A DNA stretch of 64,000 nucleotides from the human T2T-CHM13v2.0 reference genome, Homo sapiens, in NCBI RefSeq assembly GCF_009914755.1, contig NC_060926.1, one strand, 5' to 3'. Below the pieces are notes generated by a model. The model made no database searches and was not told the DNA's origin. It was given only the letters and a program-made list of their open reading frames with translations. Positions within the stretch are counted from its first letter, which is position 1. Each line of letters starts with the position of its first letter. A program made the position numbers and the translations under genes. Of the stretch, positions 13,101 to 27,860 are shown piece after piece.

Positions 13101-16100
13101 CAGGCAGGTTCTCTGAGAACCGACTTCAGCTCGCCCTTCTGTCCAGGAAGTTTGTTCGGTTTGGGTTTGGGTGTTCGTGACACAATCGGAGCAATTAGAA
13201 TTGAAGCAACTTCAGGAGATTTAGCAACCCGCGAAAATTTAGCAACGTTCAGACGTCAACAGTTTTCTTTCTTTGAGTGGTCAACGAAAACTTGACGTTT
13301 TCTACTCATACCTTGTATTCTCTGCTTATACTGTAGGGGCAAAAAAGTCTACTCTTAGACAAACGTGTGTGAAGTGCTTTAAGGGTAAGGGATGGGTCAT
13401 ATTTATGATTTTAAAGATTGCTTTTAATGTTAAAACTCTCTCAAGGGCACTGCTTCAATTTGCTGAAGTTCTGAACAGATTCGGTGAAGTAACCTCGTTT
13501 GTTGAGCCTTTCTGTAATTTTTTATACCAGTTATTGAGGATATATAGAGACAATGTTTCTCTAATTCATTAGTGGGTTTTTTTTTTTTTTTTTTGAGAAA
13601 AAAATCTTAAAGCTACAGGGTATTAAACGTAAGGGGGAATCTGATTCATAAGAAAAACAGGTAAAAACCTTAAGACGCTGGATGTCAGCAAATTCTTTTC
13701 TGCTACATTACAGAGACCAAAAAACGGAGTGGTTTCATTTCTTGTATCAAAAGAAAATTACTAGTTTTTAATGTATTTTGTGCAAAATAGCAATTTCCAC
13801 AGCTAAATTGTGATTTTTTTTCAATTGTGAAAATATAAATTCACTACTCGCTCTGGCAGAATTAATTAATGTTAATGATGTCATTAGTGCCTGATGACAA
13901 GCACTAAGGTTTTCTTTAGAGGTAAAGAAATAAAATCTATCTGATATATAAATGTTGTTATTATATACATTATTGGTAAAGAGAATCTGTATCATTACTA
14001 TTCAAGACCAAAAAATCACTTGGCTTCTGATGCGGAATTAATTTAAGAACAGCAACAAGATATTTTTGTAAAATTCCCTAATTAAAAACAGAATAAGTTC
14101 TCAACAAGTTATTCTATATTTTTCACACGTTCTCTCCCTTCCCCCATGCATTTTCATGTTTAAAATGAAAATGAAAAAAACCCTCAAGAAATATTTATAT
14201 TAAACAATACTTGAATTAAAATCCATCACATTTTAAATGAATACTAAATAATAACAATGTCTTGCCTATTTGACAACAAGAAAACATCTTCATTAAGGAA
14301 AGAATCTGTTTTAAATAAATGTTTGGGTGTCTAGACTGTACTTTTTTGAAAACCAGCTTTTTTGGCTGTGTTTAGTAGATGATTCCTGAGAAAGCAATTA
14401 TGCCTCTTAATTATCCTGTTGATATTTACTGATATCTGAAAAAAGAATTGAATTTTTGTGTGTGTGGAGGAGGGGAACATGCCATTTTGATCTAATGATT
14501 CTTCAATCATGTTTTAAAACTGAGTTGGATTTTACTTAAAACACATTAGGTGCATTTCCTCAAAAGTTTTAAAAATCAAAAATATTTGCCAAAAAAATCC
14601 AGTAATTTAGGTGAAATGGCAGTTACATGATACAGCCAAAATTGACACTGCTTTTAAATATATCTAGTTTTTTTCTCAGGGAAAAAATAGAGCAAAGAAG
14701 TGTATAGTGTGCTTGAAACTAAAATGCGTATCACTCTAATTTATGAAATTGTACACTTTTGTTTCTAAAACTATTACTTGAAAGATAGGGATATGCTTAA
14801 AATATGTTGGAGTTCTTTCTGACCAAATAGGACTTAGGCTCCATTTAATCAATGATGGTCCATCAACATTGAAACATTGGAAATCTATGGTGTTTCTAAA
14901 AATTGTGCCTCTTTTACCTCCTTTGAATCCTTTACTTGGTGACTAATATAACTAAAGGGACAAAATTGCATTCCTTTCCAATGGTCGCAAATACTTTTTT
15001 ACAAAGGTTCATCTTTACTAAACAGATTATGAAAGCTATTTTAGAAAATTTTAGAAATTCTTTTAAAGTGGATTGTAAATTAGGATTTAAGGAACTTGAG
15101 TCAAAACATTTTCAGGATTGGAGTATAAATAGATCATAACTAATCTTTACACTCGGGGTAAAAAATAAAATGTAAGAATAAATGATCTCTGATTCAGCTT
15201 CTAAAGAGTATATAAAACATTTGGTGTCTAAAGAATGTATAAACATTTTCAGTACACAAATATTCTCATGTATGTTCAGCGCTCTAAATGCTTGTAAGAT
15301 ACATCATCTATCATAGCTATTTCAATAGGAATCATATTTTATTTTTAAAATTTGTTTTAAAAATTTTGCTGTGAAATATACAAAAGAAATTAAAAAGATT
15401 TGTACACTGCAAGGAATAAAATATACATGGAGCAACAAGTTTTTAACAAATACTTTGAAAAGTAGATTTGTTGTTGGTTACAATATCAGTGTTTAAATTT
15501 GATGTTGCATTAAATATATCTTCATGTTTGGGGGATTTGTTAAATCTTTTAGAGTAGTTACTGCTACTACGTAGGGACACTTTTTAAGGGAGAAAAGCAC
15601 TTTAAATCATAAGATTAAAAAAAAAATCCATAGGCCTTTGTAAATTCATAGGGTTTTTCTTGGGTGGAAGAGATGTGCTTTATGTCTATTTGTATTTTTT
15701 ATGAACGAGCACCCAGATAATCTACCTTCTTGTTTCTCAAGCATGAATATTTGACCTCATCCAGAGCTATTGCGTCAAATCTTGATTTCATTGCTGGTGT
15801 TTCATTGCTCAAATCCATGTTTCTAGCCCAGACTTCTCTGTTAGACTTCGGATACCATACCTGTACATGAACTAAATAGAGGCTATTGAATTTAAGCCCT
15901 TAGGGAAGTTAATGATATGATGTCTGGGACTTGCTTCAGAATAGTCAAGGAAGAGAGAGAGTAGGTCAAAAATAGAAGAAATAAGATTAGCCTTGAGTTG
16001 ATAATTTTTGAAGCTGAGGGAGAGAACTAAGACTTTATTATACTATGCTTTTGTAGATTTAAATTTTTTTCTCTACTGTGAATAAAAGATATTTCATTAG

Positions 16101-17719
16101 TTCGTCAAAAGTAGTCTTTGTAGTAGATTGAAAAAAATTGCGCTTCCCATGCTTTGGTGTTTGTACAATATTATTCACATATATTGTTTTCTTTAAGTTG
16201 CCCAAGTCTTGTGAAGTTGGCAATGGTAAAGTGAGACTAAGTGGTTTGGTCACTTATTCAAGGTTGCATTATTGGTAGGTAGCAGATCTTGGTACTCAGT
16301 CTTCAGATTCCATTCTCATTTGCTCTAAGATGTACCTAAATTTTTAAGTATATTAACAAACATTAATTTTAAAATACATAACATATCATTTGAGAATCTG
16401 ATTGCCAGATTAATATTAACAAAACATGCTTCATCTAAATTCAAGTTGTAAAAATTTGAGTTTCGGTCATTGAAAATTATGTCTTGGGATATTCTTACCT
16501 GTTTCTGGGCATCACTTAAATTTCATTTTAATGAGTTTTCTGAGAGATATTAACATTAATTAAGGAGACTAGTGATACCAAGTCTCATCTTTCTATTTTC
16601 CCCATTAATTCCTTATTAATTTTAATTTCTTACTAATTTTCATTTCTAAGTAATTAAAAAATTTGTTATTGGTGGGTTCATATTTATCAGTGGTGTTTTC
16701 TGTTCTTGACTGAGCCTTCTTTGCTCAGAATATTGCTACATTATAGGAGTTCTAATCCAGAGAATAAGTTTAAACCAGATATGGAGTTGGGATTAGATTA
16801 GTGGCTCTGTATTTGAGGCTTAGTTTATGTGTAAGTAAACATTAAGGTTTTTTTTTCCCCTAACTACACTAACTTGGAAACATCTATTTTTGAGTTTTGA
16901 AGCTTGTAGAGTGATTTTTAAAATCTCACTAATGGCAAATCCTTGTCTTTTTGGGTAAATTTTATTTTTCAGAGCTAAGTCTGGAAATTAAGAAATGGGT
17001 TAACAAGTTGGGTGGCAGAGATCATATCACTATAGGTCTTTTTTATGGAAAAGCAAAGAGCCAAAGTCTTGTTTAAGTTGTACCTTTATTCTTCAGGTTT
17101 TTAAAAACCCTTATTTTATGATTCTATTCATGCTAATGACTTCTTCAGTCTTCCCCTTACTTGATGTGAAAAATAAACGTTGTCTATTCATGTTTATTAT
17201 GTTTAGAGAAAATAAATAGCACCTATTTTCTCCCTGTATTTTCTCAGTTGAGGCATCAACTTTATCGTGTACTCAGCTCAGCACCTGATAATCCTGCATA
17301 CCTTTTATTTGGACTTTTTATTAGGAACTGAGATTTTTCTTTACCCTGAGATTGTATTCCAGTTAATAAGTCAGCTAAACCTTTTATCCAAGAGAGATTA
17401 GAAATCAGCGGGCTTCCTAGTGCTAAGAGAAACCTAAGAGGTTGCACTAAGTTTTCCTGTAGTCTTAGGCCTTGGCACAGTGCCAGACACAAGGTAGGAC
17501 TCAACAGTGTTTATTGAGTGAATGAAAGAGTGAAGCCCAGTCATCAGCCATGAAGCAGATTTATATCATATCTGTAATTCTTCTCAGATACAGAATTGCC
17601 TTTGTGTCTTTGTGATTTTTAAAGTTGGTTTTGAATGGATTTGATAGCATCCTTTCTTAATCTCTTTTGATCATCCTTATAAATAAGACTTTTTTGGTTC
17701 TCACTATCACATCTCTTTC

Positions 17720-19300
17720 CAAATTTATTTCATTAAAATTCTATGTTATAAAATTATTTAAAAGTTTGTAAAATGTATATGTACATTTTATCAAATGGTT
17801 ATCAACTTAACACCATGTAATCACTACTCCCACGTCAAGAAATAGAATATTATTGGGACCACAGAATTTTTTAGGTTATTCTTTATCCATCATAATCTCT
17901 TCTGTCTCCCCAGGGGTAACTGCTCTTCTGTTGTTCGTGTTACTGACACTCCTTTACTCACCATGAGGTTATGTCCCAATAAACCCATAGTAAGTTAAAA
18001 ATATCGTAAGTTTATTGGCTAGAGTCAAATAAAAAAAAGGGAAAATATTGTAAGTCGAAAACACATTTAATACATCTAACCTACCAAGCATCAGAGTTTA
18101 GCTTAACCTACCTTAAATGTGTGAAAAGCACTTATATTAACCTACAGTTGGGCAAAATAACCTAACAGAAAGCCTATTTTATAATAAACTGTTGAATATC
18201 TCATACAATTTATTGAGAACTGTACTAAAAGTGAAAACCTGAATGAATACACGGGAGCTTAACATATGGTTTCTACTGAATGTGTATTGCTTTTGCACTA
18301 TCATAAAGTTGAAAAATCCTGAAATGAACTGTTGTAAGTTGGGAACTGTCTATAATTTTTTCTTGCATTTCTTTTCTATCTTAACCACCTCTATATGTAT
18401 TCCTAAACAATTATAGATCTATTTAGCCAGTTTTGAATTTTATAAGAATAAAATTATATTGTATTATCTTTGTAACTATTTTCACTTAACATTGTAATGT
18501 TTATAATTATGTATCTGTAGCTTGTTCATTTTTATTGCTGTATGTTGTATAATATTACATAGTGTGAATATACCAAAATTTATCTGTTTTACTGTTGATA
18601 GGTGTTTGGGTTGTTTCCAGTTTGGGACAGTTATAATGGTGCCACTCTGAACATTCTTTTATGCATATCCTGATGCATATAAGAATGCAGGTCTCTAGGA
18701 TATGTTGTAGGAGTAAAGTTTCTGAGCCATAAGACATGTATATATTGACTAAATACTGGCATAATTTTCCAAATTGGTTGTGTTAGTTCATGTTCTCGAA
18801 TAGTGAATGAGAATTCTAATTCTCCATATCTTTGCCAGAGTTTAGTATTGTTAGACTTTAAAAATTTTGTCTCTCTGTTGGGTGTGTAGTAATATCTCGT
18901 TGTGGTTTTAATTTATATTTTATTGATTACTGATGAGATTGAGCCCCTTTTCATATGTTTGTTGTCTATTTTTATTTCTTCTTTTGTGAAGTGCCTATTC
19001 TTATATTTGCCTTGGTCTTTTTTTTCTATTAGATTGTCTGCCTTTTCTCTGATTTGTAAGAGCTCCTTGTATGTTCTGCATATTAGTCCTTTGTCAGTTA
19101 TATGTGTTGCAGATATTTTCCCCACTTTGTGGATTGCACTTTCACTCTTAGCTGAATTTGTTAAATTTTTTCTTTCTGATTGGTGCTTTTTATATGTCTT
19201 GTTTAGGGAGTCCTTTCTTACCTCATGATCATGAAAATATTTCTCTATATTTTCTTATAAAAGATTTCTTTTAAAAGTTTTGCCTTAAATATTTATCATC
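17720..19300 (-). mobile_element. Old L1 (L1M-type) 3' fragment, interrupted by a Tigger
   Basis: ORF 18913..19125 resembles the L1 ORF2 C-terminus (DKGLICRTYKELLQ...NRHFTKEE...HMKR); L1M-like 3' UTR. Confidence 0.75.
17943..18352 (+). mobile_element. Tigger4-type (Zombi) non-autonomous DNA transposon
   Basis: Matches recalled consensus ...CCCAATAAACCCATAGTAAGTT...CTACAGTTGGGCAAAA...GTAAGTTGGGAACTGTCT. Confidence 0.75.
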
Positions 19301-19359
19301 TGACTTTTGTGTGAGTGAAGTATTTGGCAATGGTTCCTCCTGTTCCTTCTTGAAACTTC

Positions 19360-20300
19360 ATCTGCTCACATGACTGCAAATATCATCTTTATGTTGCTAA
19401 TTCCAAAACTGTGTATTTTTTGGTATTGACTACACTCCTTAGCTGAGACCCTTATTTCCAGCTGCCTCCTGGATCTCTCCACTTGAATCCAATCAATAAC
19501 ACAACGAATTTGGAAAATATCTGCTACACTGAGCTCATTTGTTTAATCCTTGCTTTCTGTTTAGATTAAATCGTCATGTAAGCCAAAGTACGTGGTGGAA
19601 TCTTTGAGATTTTTCCCCTTTCCTTCCCCATCCACATAGCCATCATGTCCAAGTGATGCTACCTTTGAAATACATCTCAAATCCATTCTTCTTTTCCTTC
19701 TCTCCAGTTCCACAATTACTGCTCAGAGTTCCACCTAGTCTAGTACAATAGCTTCCTAATTGGTTTTCCTGCCTTCCTTCTATCCCCCTTCTGTAGTCAG
19801 TCATTCACACTGCCACAGAGTTTTCTTTCTAAGACAAATCACACCTCTTTCCTGCTTTTATGGCTTTTCATTGCCTTCATTATAACAAAAAGTTTAAATC
19901 TTTCACATGGCTTCTACCATTACTCTGCGGGAATCTCATCTTTTAGCCACACCAGGCTACTTATTGTTTCCCAAAGAAGCTGCGTACTTTCATTATGCCT
20001 TTTTTCATGTTGTTCCCTCTGCTTGGAGTAGTCTTCCTTCTACCTCTTCCCACTGGGAAAATCCTATTCCTTCCACCACCATTCCCAGACAAAATTAATC
20101 ACTCCTGCCTCTGGGCTTCCCATAACACTTTGTTCATATCTTTATTGCAGTACTTATCATACTGCTTTATAGTTGTTAGTTTATGTACCTGTCTCTCATG
20201 CTATAGATTTTGAGGTCTTTCAAGACAGAGAATATGTTTTGGTAATATTTTTATTCTTAGCACCTAGCAGTGCCTGATACATAATAGTACTAAAACATAC
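19360..20300 (+). mobile_element. Degenerate L2 fragments
   Basis: L2-like pyrimidine-rich motifs and 3' end (TAGCACCTAGCAGTGCCTGATACATAATAG). Confidence 0.5.
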
Positions 20301-21852
20301 TTGAATTAAATTTAAAAATTTTGCTAATCTTAAAAAAGAAAATAGAAATATATGCATTGACTAAAAGGTCATGAGTAGAGAAAAATGTTGATGAAAGAAT
20401 ACAATATCAATGTTTCTAAACTGTTTTAGAAAAGATTCATATCCATTACCTATTCTGAAGTTGATTAAAGCTGTTGTGTTTTGCTGTACCGTAATCTCAG
20501 CTTAATTAGTTATCTGGGCTGTTTTATGTGGGTGGGTTCTAGCTAAAAAGATTACAGCATACTGCTCTGGCTCCATGCTAATGAAGGGGCAAAAATAATC
20601 TTAAAAGAACAAATAAAATTGACTGAACTCTCATTTTTAAAAGGATGACTTGTTTCAAACAGACTTAGAATACAAAGTTAGTTAAAAATTAGTTTTAGAA
20701 AAGTAAGAAATTTGCAACACTGATGGAGAAATGTGTGTGTTTTTTTTTTCAGAGAACACATTAATGAGCACAGTCTATCCTATTACAAGTGTTATACTGA
20801 TGAATATATTTGTTTTGACAGTGCTTGCTAACGTCTAGTCTGGAAGGTGCTGGAATTAGGTACTTCTTGGGTTTAATCATAATGGTGATAGGTTAACAGT
20901 TTCTACGTGTGATAATTTTGCAGACTTCCACAAAATATAAAACCTCTGGTGACTAGAGTCCAAATATTTACCTAAGGCTCACACAGCACGTACAAAACAA
21001 TTGAATTGTGGTTAGACAATTTTTTACTGTTCATCTGGAGAAAGCAGGGTTAGTAGCGTTTGATAACGTTATCTTTCTCTCTTTTCATGTTAGCTTATTT
21101 GTCATATGCACAAGAATATTCTGAATATAAAATGTTCTTAATAGAGAAAATTTAAGAGAAAATTGATTTTTCATTAAGATATTATATATTATTTACATTT
21201 GGAATTCAGATTGAAGTAGATCTTTAAAGAAACTTGAAAAAGTTTGTCTTCCATGTCTGCAGATCAGTATCTTCTGATAATTATATATATTTTGAAATAC
21301 ATCAGCCCCTAATCATAAAAGCAACTTTTAGATAACCATGGTCAACTGAATACATGTGTTCATTTTTACTCTGTCATGAAAACACAGTAAAATGAAAGTC
21401 AAGGAATAAAAAAAGGCATAAACTCCATAAGGACAAAGGGAACATGAAAGGAGACATCAACAGAATTTTGGAAGCTGGATTGTTAGTGGGTGAGTGATAA
21501 CTAACTTAGTAAAGAAAGCTGAATCCCTGACTGTGCAGCTACTTTCTACCTGCCACACCTGGCTAGCTGGGATAGCAAATAATAGCCAATGGCTGTGCAG
21601 ATACTGGTGGTTCCAAGCAAGTGGTCAGCATGAAATTAGGGGGGACCAGAGCTGTCTTGAGATGATCTCATTGTAACACATGTGTCTACATTTTTGAGCC
21701 TACAAATAACTGAACATTATAGATGCAGTATGCTATGTAAGCATGTTATGAATTACATTTGATTATGGGAGTAGGATGATGGTATCTAAGGAAGAACCTC
21801 AGTGGCTCTGTTAATTCAGCAAGAGTAACTGTGGAAACATAACATCTGGACC

Positions 21853-22150
21853 CGCACTGTCCATTATGGTAGCCATTAGCCACATGTGGCTTTTGAGCAC
21901 TTGAAATGTGGCTAGTCTGAATCGAGATGCAATGTAAGTATACAACTCTTCCTAGTTTTCAAGGACTGAGTATAAAAAAAAGAGAATGTGACATCTCATT
22001 AACTTTTACATTAATTGCTTTTGAAAAAATATCTTGGATATACTGGTTAAATCAAATATATTACTAAAAATAATTTCACCAGTTTCTCTTTACTTTTCTA
22101 ATGTAGATTTTAGAACATTTTAAATTATGTTTGTGGCTCCTGTTATTTTT
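21853..22150. mobile_element. MER33/MER3-type hAT-Charlie element
   Basis: GCACTGTCCATTATGGTAGCCATTAGCCACATGTGGC...GAGCACTTGAAATGTGGCTAG terminus. Confidence 0.65.
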
Positions 22151-22624
22151 CTTTAATTCACCTCTGAATAGAGATCCCTAAGATGGCTGGTGTGGTTCTC
22201 TGGTCTGTCTCTTACAGGGACAGAAAGAACTCTAAATGGGGACCCCATCCATACTCTATAGTACATATGAGTATCACCGAAAGTGCTACAAATATGTACT
22301 TTTGGCAAACTACAAAACTAATAACATTGTGAGTTGTGAGTCTCTTAACTGAATAAAAGGTAATTGCCTACAGTTATCAATAGACGTCTTGCTAAAATTG
22401 TTAATTTTCTTGAATGTGACCCACCTGTCAATGCCTCTGTAGCACAATTCCTCCCTTGAATCTATGTGACTTATTTTTTGTACCTGATTATTGAATGCCA
22501 AAAGAGAAAAACTCACAGCTGAGCAGACAGGATTCCATAGAGGCACTGTTGCCAACCTGGCCTTGGATTCTCAAGCTTTTTAACAATCTTTGCAATGTTT
22601 CTGTGTTTTTCTAATCATTTATCT

Positions 22625-22933
<309 letters not shown>

Positions 22934-23101
22934 TAGTCTTCATGGTGGCCATTAAACCCCCCTCTATTCTTCTCAAACCCTCTATCCTTTTTCTTAGCAG
23001 ATGACCTTACTTTCTACTTTACTGAGAAAATACTGTAGAAGCCATCAGAGAGGAATTCCCTTGTCTTTTAGCTACCATACCTGCAATCTTATCTCTACTT
23101 G

Positions 23102-23623
23102 TGTATTAGTCAGGGTTCTCTAGAGGGACAGAACTAATGGAATATATATATATATATATGAGTTTATATATATATGAGTTTATATATATATATGAGTTGA
23201 GTTTATATATATATATGAGTTGAGTTTATATATATATATGAGTTTATTAAGTATGAACTTACAGGATCACAAGGTCCCACAATCGACCATCTGCAGGCTG
23301 AGGAGCAAGGAGAGCCAGTCCAAGTTCCAAAACTGAAGAACTTGGAGTCCAATATTCGAGGGCAGGAAGTATCTAGCACAGGAGAAAGATGTAGGCTGGG
23401 AGGCTAGGCCAGTCTCTCTTTTCACATTTTTATCCCTGATTATATACTAGCTGCACTGGCAGCTGATTAGATTGTGCCCACCCAGATTAAGGGTGGGTCT
23501 ACCTTTCCCAGCCCACTGACTCAAATGTTAATCTCATTTTGCAACACCTTCACAGACACTCCCAGGATCAATACTTTGTATCCTTCAATTCAATCAAGTT
23601 GACACTCAGTATTAACCATCACA
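23102..23623 (-). mobile_element. MLT2A-type (HERV-L) solo LTR with internal (TA)n/GAGTT satellite
   Basis: TG...CA ends; reverse complement begins TGTGATGGTTAATACTGAGTGTCAACTTGATTG; TA-rich repeat at 23142-23245. Confidence 0.85.
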
Positions 23624-24658
23624 GTTCATAACCATTCCTTTACTTCTGTCAAATGTTAGGCACAGTGATTCTCTTCTGTCTGAAGTTAATCTCTGATTCT
23701 GTATTCTTGCTCTTATCCCCTTAAGCTTCCTCAGAGGCTTCTTTTGGCATCTTCAGTTTCTTTCTCCCTCCTTACTGGCTTTATCCCAACGGAACTTAAA
23801 GATGTACTGACCTCTGCCATCTTTAAAAATCCTCTCTTGATCCTTTGTCCTCCTATACTTACTACTAGGTCTTCTTCTAACAGCTGAGCTTCTTGAAGAA
23901 ATTGCCTACTTACTGTTTCTATGTCATCACCTTCTGTTTATATCTTAATTCACTGCAGTAAAGCTTCTCCCCAAGACTGCTTTTGCCAAAGCCAATAATT
24001 ATATGTCTAAGATCCAAGGGGACAATTCTTAGTCTTAATCATATTTAACTCCTCAATAGCATTTGATACTAGTAATCATTTTATCTTCTGTGAAACACCT
24101 TTTCCCCCCAGGTTTTGGGATTCTCTATTCTTGCAGGTTTTTTTTTTTTTCTTCTTAGTCTGCTTTGTGGCTACTCCTTTTCTGCTTATGCATTAAATAT
24201 TGTTTTTCCTCAAGACTCCTTCCCTGGGCTGTCTTCTCAGTTTACATACCCTCTATGGGTAATTCATCTATTCCCATGTTTTCAGTTGCTCTGCATATGT
24301 GTTTTCAGCCTTAATCTCTGACCCAATTTCTATCTGCGTGATGCACATACAATGGTACCTACACTACCACATCTGCTCCTTGTACTTTATCCTGTATCTC
24401 AGTGAATAACAACTCTATGAACCCCTGACCACAGAAGGAAACCAGAAAGTTATCTACATTCCATCCACCTTGGTCCTTCTTCAATTTCCATTGTCAGTTA
24501 CTCAACAAATTCAGTTCATTTTATCACTTAACAGGTCTTAATTCTACTTACCTGTCTATATTCCAAATACAAAATGCCTCTATAATCTCTCGCCTAGTCT
24601 GTTCCAATAACCTCCTTACTGATTATGCTTTCCTCAATCCTGATCCTATACATAAAAC

Positions 24659-25210
24659 CTGTGGTAGTTAGTTTCCAAAGATGGCCCCCAGTGAATCACA
24701 TCTTCCAGGATTTATGCCCTTGTGTGGTTCCCTTCCATATTGAATCTGAGCTGACCTAGTCACTCACTTTAAGTAATATGGTAGAAGGGATGCTGTGTCA
24801 GTTCCAGGCCTCCGCCATATAGCAAAAGTTGAATGCTTGATAGCTTTAACTTTTGCAACTAAAGTGCCTCATAGTAAGTCTCCAGCTCCCCTGCTGGAGG
24901 ACTAGAAAGTGGAAAGACTGTGCCTGAAACTAGATGGAGGAAGAGAAGGGCTCAGGCATCCCGGTACCCCAGGTGAATCTAGCCTTCTAGATGTCCCTGA
25001 CAAGATGCCATATGTGTGAGAGAGCCATCTTTGATGTTCCACATCTGTGAAACCCTCAGATGACTTCAGCCTCAGGCAGCATCATATGGAGTTATAGAAC
25101 TGTCTAACTGAACCTAATCAATCCACAGAATAATGACAAATAACAAAATGGTTGTTGTTTTAAACCACTAAACATTGTGGTGGTTTATTTCACAATAGGT
25201 AAAGCCAAAG
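24659..25210 (+). mobile_element. MLT1-type MaLR LTR
   Basis: Starts TGTGGTAGTTAGTTTCCAAAGATGGCCCCC; ends with GTTGTTTTAAACCACTAA...GTGGTTT motif. Confidence 0.65.
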
Positions 25211-25374
25211 CCAAAACTAAACCTCTCTTTGTTGTACTTACTACTCCAGTCTCATCTCTGACAGTTTACCTTTGACACTTTAAGATATTCCTTCACTAAG
25301 CTGCTTGAAGTTCCCCGAATCCCCTCTGCCTTTTCTTCTAGGCTTTTTGTGCCCACTGTTAGAAACATTTTCTT

Positions 25375-25671
25375 TTCTTTTCTTTTTTTCAGACAGGGTC
25401 TCGCCTTGTCACCCAGGCTGTAGTACAGTGGTGCAATCGTGGCTCACTGTAGCCTTGAACTCCTGGGCTCAGGTGATCTGCCTACCTTAGCCTCTTAACT
25501 GTCTGGGACTACAGGCATGCACCACCATGCCTGGCTAAGTTTTAAATTGTTTGTAGAGACAGGGTCTCGCTGTGTTGCCCAGAGTGGTTTTGAACTCCTG
25601 GCCTCAAGTGATCCTCCCGCCTAGGCCTCTCAAAGTGCTGGGAATACAGGCGTGAGCTCCCACACCTGGCC
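25375..25671 (-). mobile_element. Alu (AluJ-like) with TSD
   Basis: Flanked by TAGAAACATTTTCTT on both sides. Confidence 0.92.
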
Positions 25672-25989
25672 TAGAAACATTTTCTTATTTAACTTATAAC
25701 CTTTGCCCTACCAAAATTCCTACTTAGCTTTCAAATTTTTGCTTAGACATCCCTAAAATCCTAGGTGACTAATTTAATTGCATTGCTAATGTACTCTCAT
25801 AGTAGCAAATACACTTGCTGGCAGAATAATGGTTGAGAATACATAGTTGAGCAGTGATCTTTTCGCAAGTTGCCTATTCTCTGTAAGCCTCCAGTTTCTT
25901 CATCAGGAAAATGAGGATAATCATATAAATTAACCCATAAGTTTGTTGGGAGTATGTAAGAACGTTCAAAAACAGTTAACTATCATTAA

Positions 25990-26685
<696 letters not shown>

Positions 26686-26728
26686 CAAAAACTGTTAATG
26701 ATTATTAATGTTGTGAAAACATTATCAC

Positions 26729-27059
<331 letters not shown>

Positions 27060-27098
27060 TTAGAGTCTAGCAAAGTGCCTACAACATAATATGTGCTA

Positions 27099-27425
<327 letters not shown>

Positions 27426-27564
27426 GAATTACTAAATGGATGAGTGAATTCAGATTATTCACATTTCATCATATCAATCCAAATAAAAGCCTAAATTCAT
27501 GCCTTTTTAAATTCTTTTTTTATTTTAGTGAAATATATATAAATACAGATTTGTCATTTTAGCC

Positions 27565-27860
27565 TTTTTTTTTTTTTTGAGACAAAGTCTCACTCTGCTA
27601 TCCAGGCTGGAGTGCAGTGGCGCAATCATGGCTCACTGCAACCTCCGCCCCCTGGGTTCAAGTGATTCTCTGGCCTCAGCCTCCTGAGTAGCTGGGACTA
27701 CAGGTGCACACCACCATGCCTGGGTAATTTTTGTGTTTGTAGTAGAGATGGGGTTTCACCATGTTGGCTAGGCTTGTCTCGAACTTCTGCCCTCAGGTGA
27801 TCTGCCCACCCTGGCCTCCCCAAGTGCTGGGATTACAGGCGTGAGCCACTGTGCCTGGCC
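27565..27860 (-). mobile_element. Alu (AluS-like)
   Basis: Poly-T plus Alu body; TTTTAGCC duplicated. Confidence 0.92.

Noticed and set aside
11785-13183. ORF cluster in the downstream CpG island
   Set aside because: Compositional artefact; no consistent frame or splice structure.
23142-23245. Regular GAGTT/TA array as a CRISPR-like array
   Set aside because: No unique spacers; simple satellite inside an LTR in a mammalian genome.
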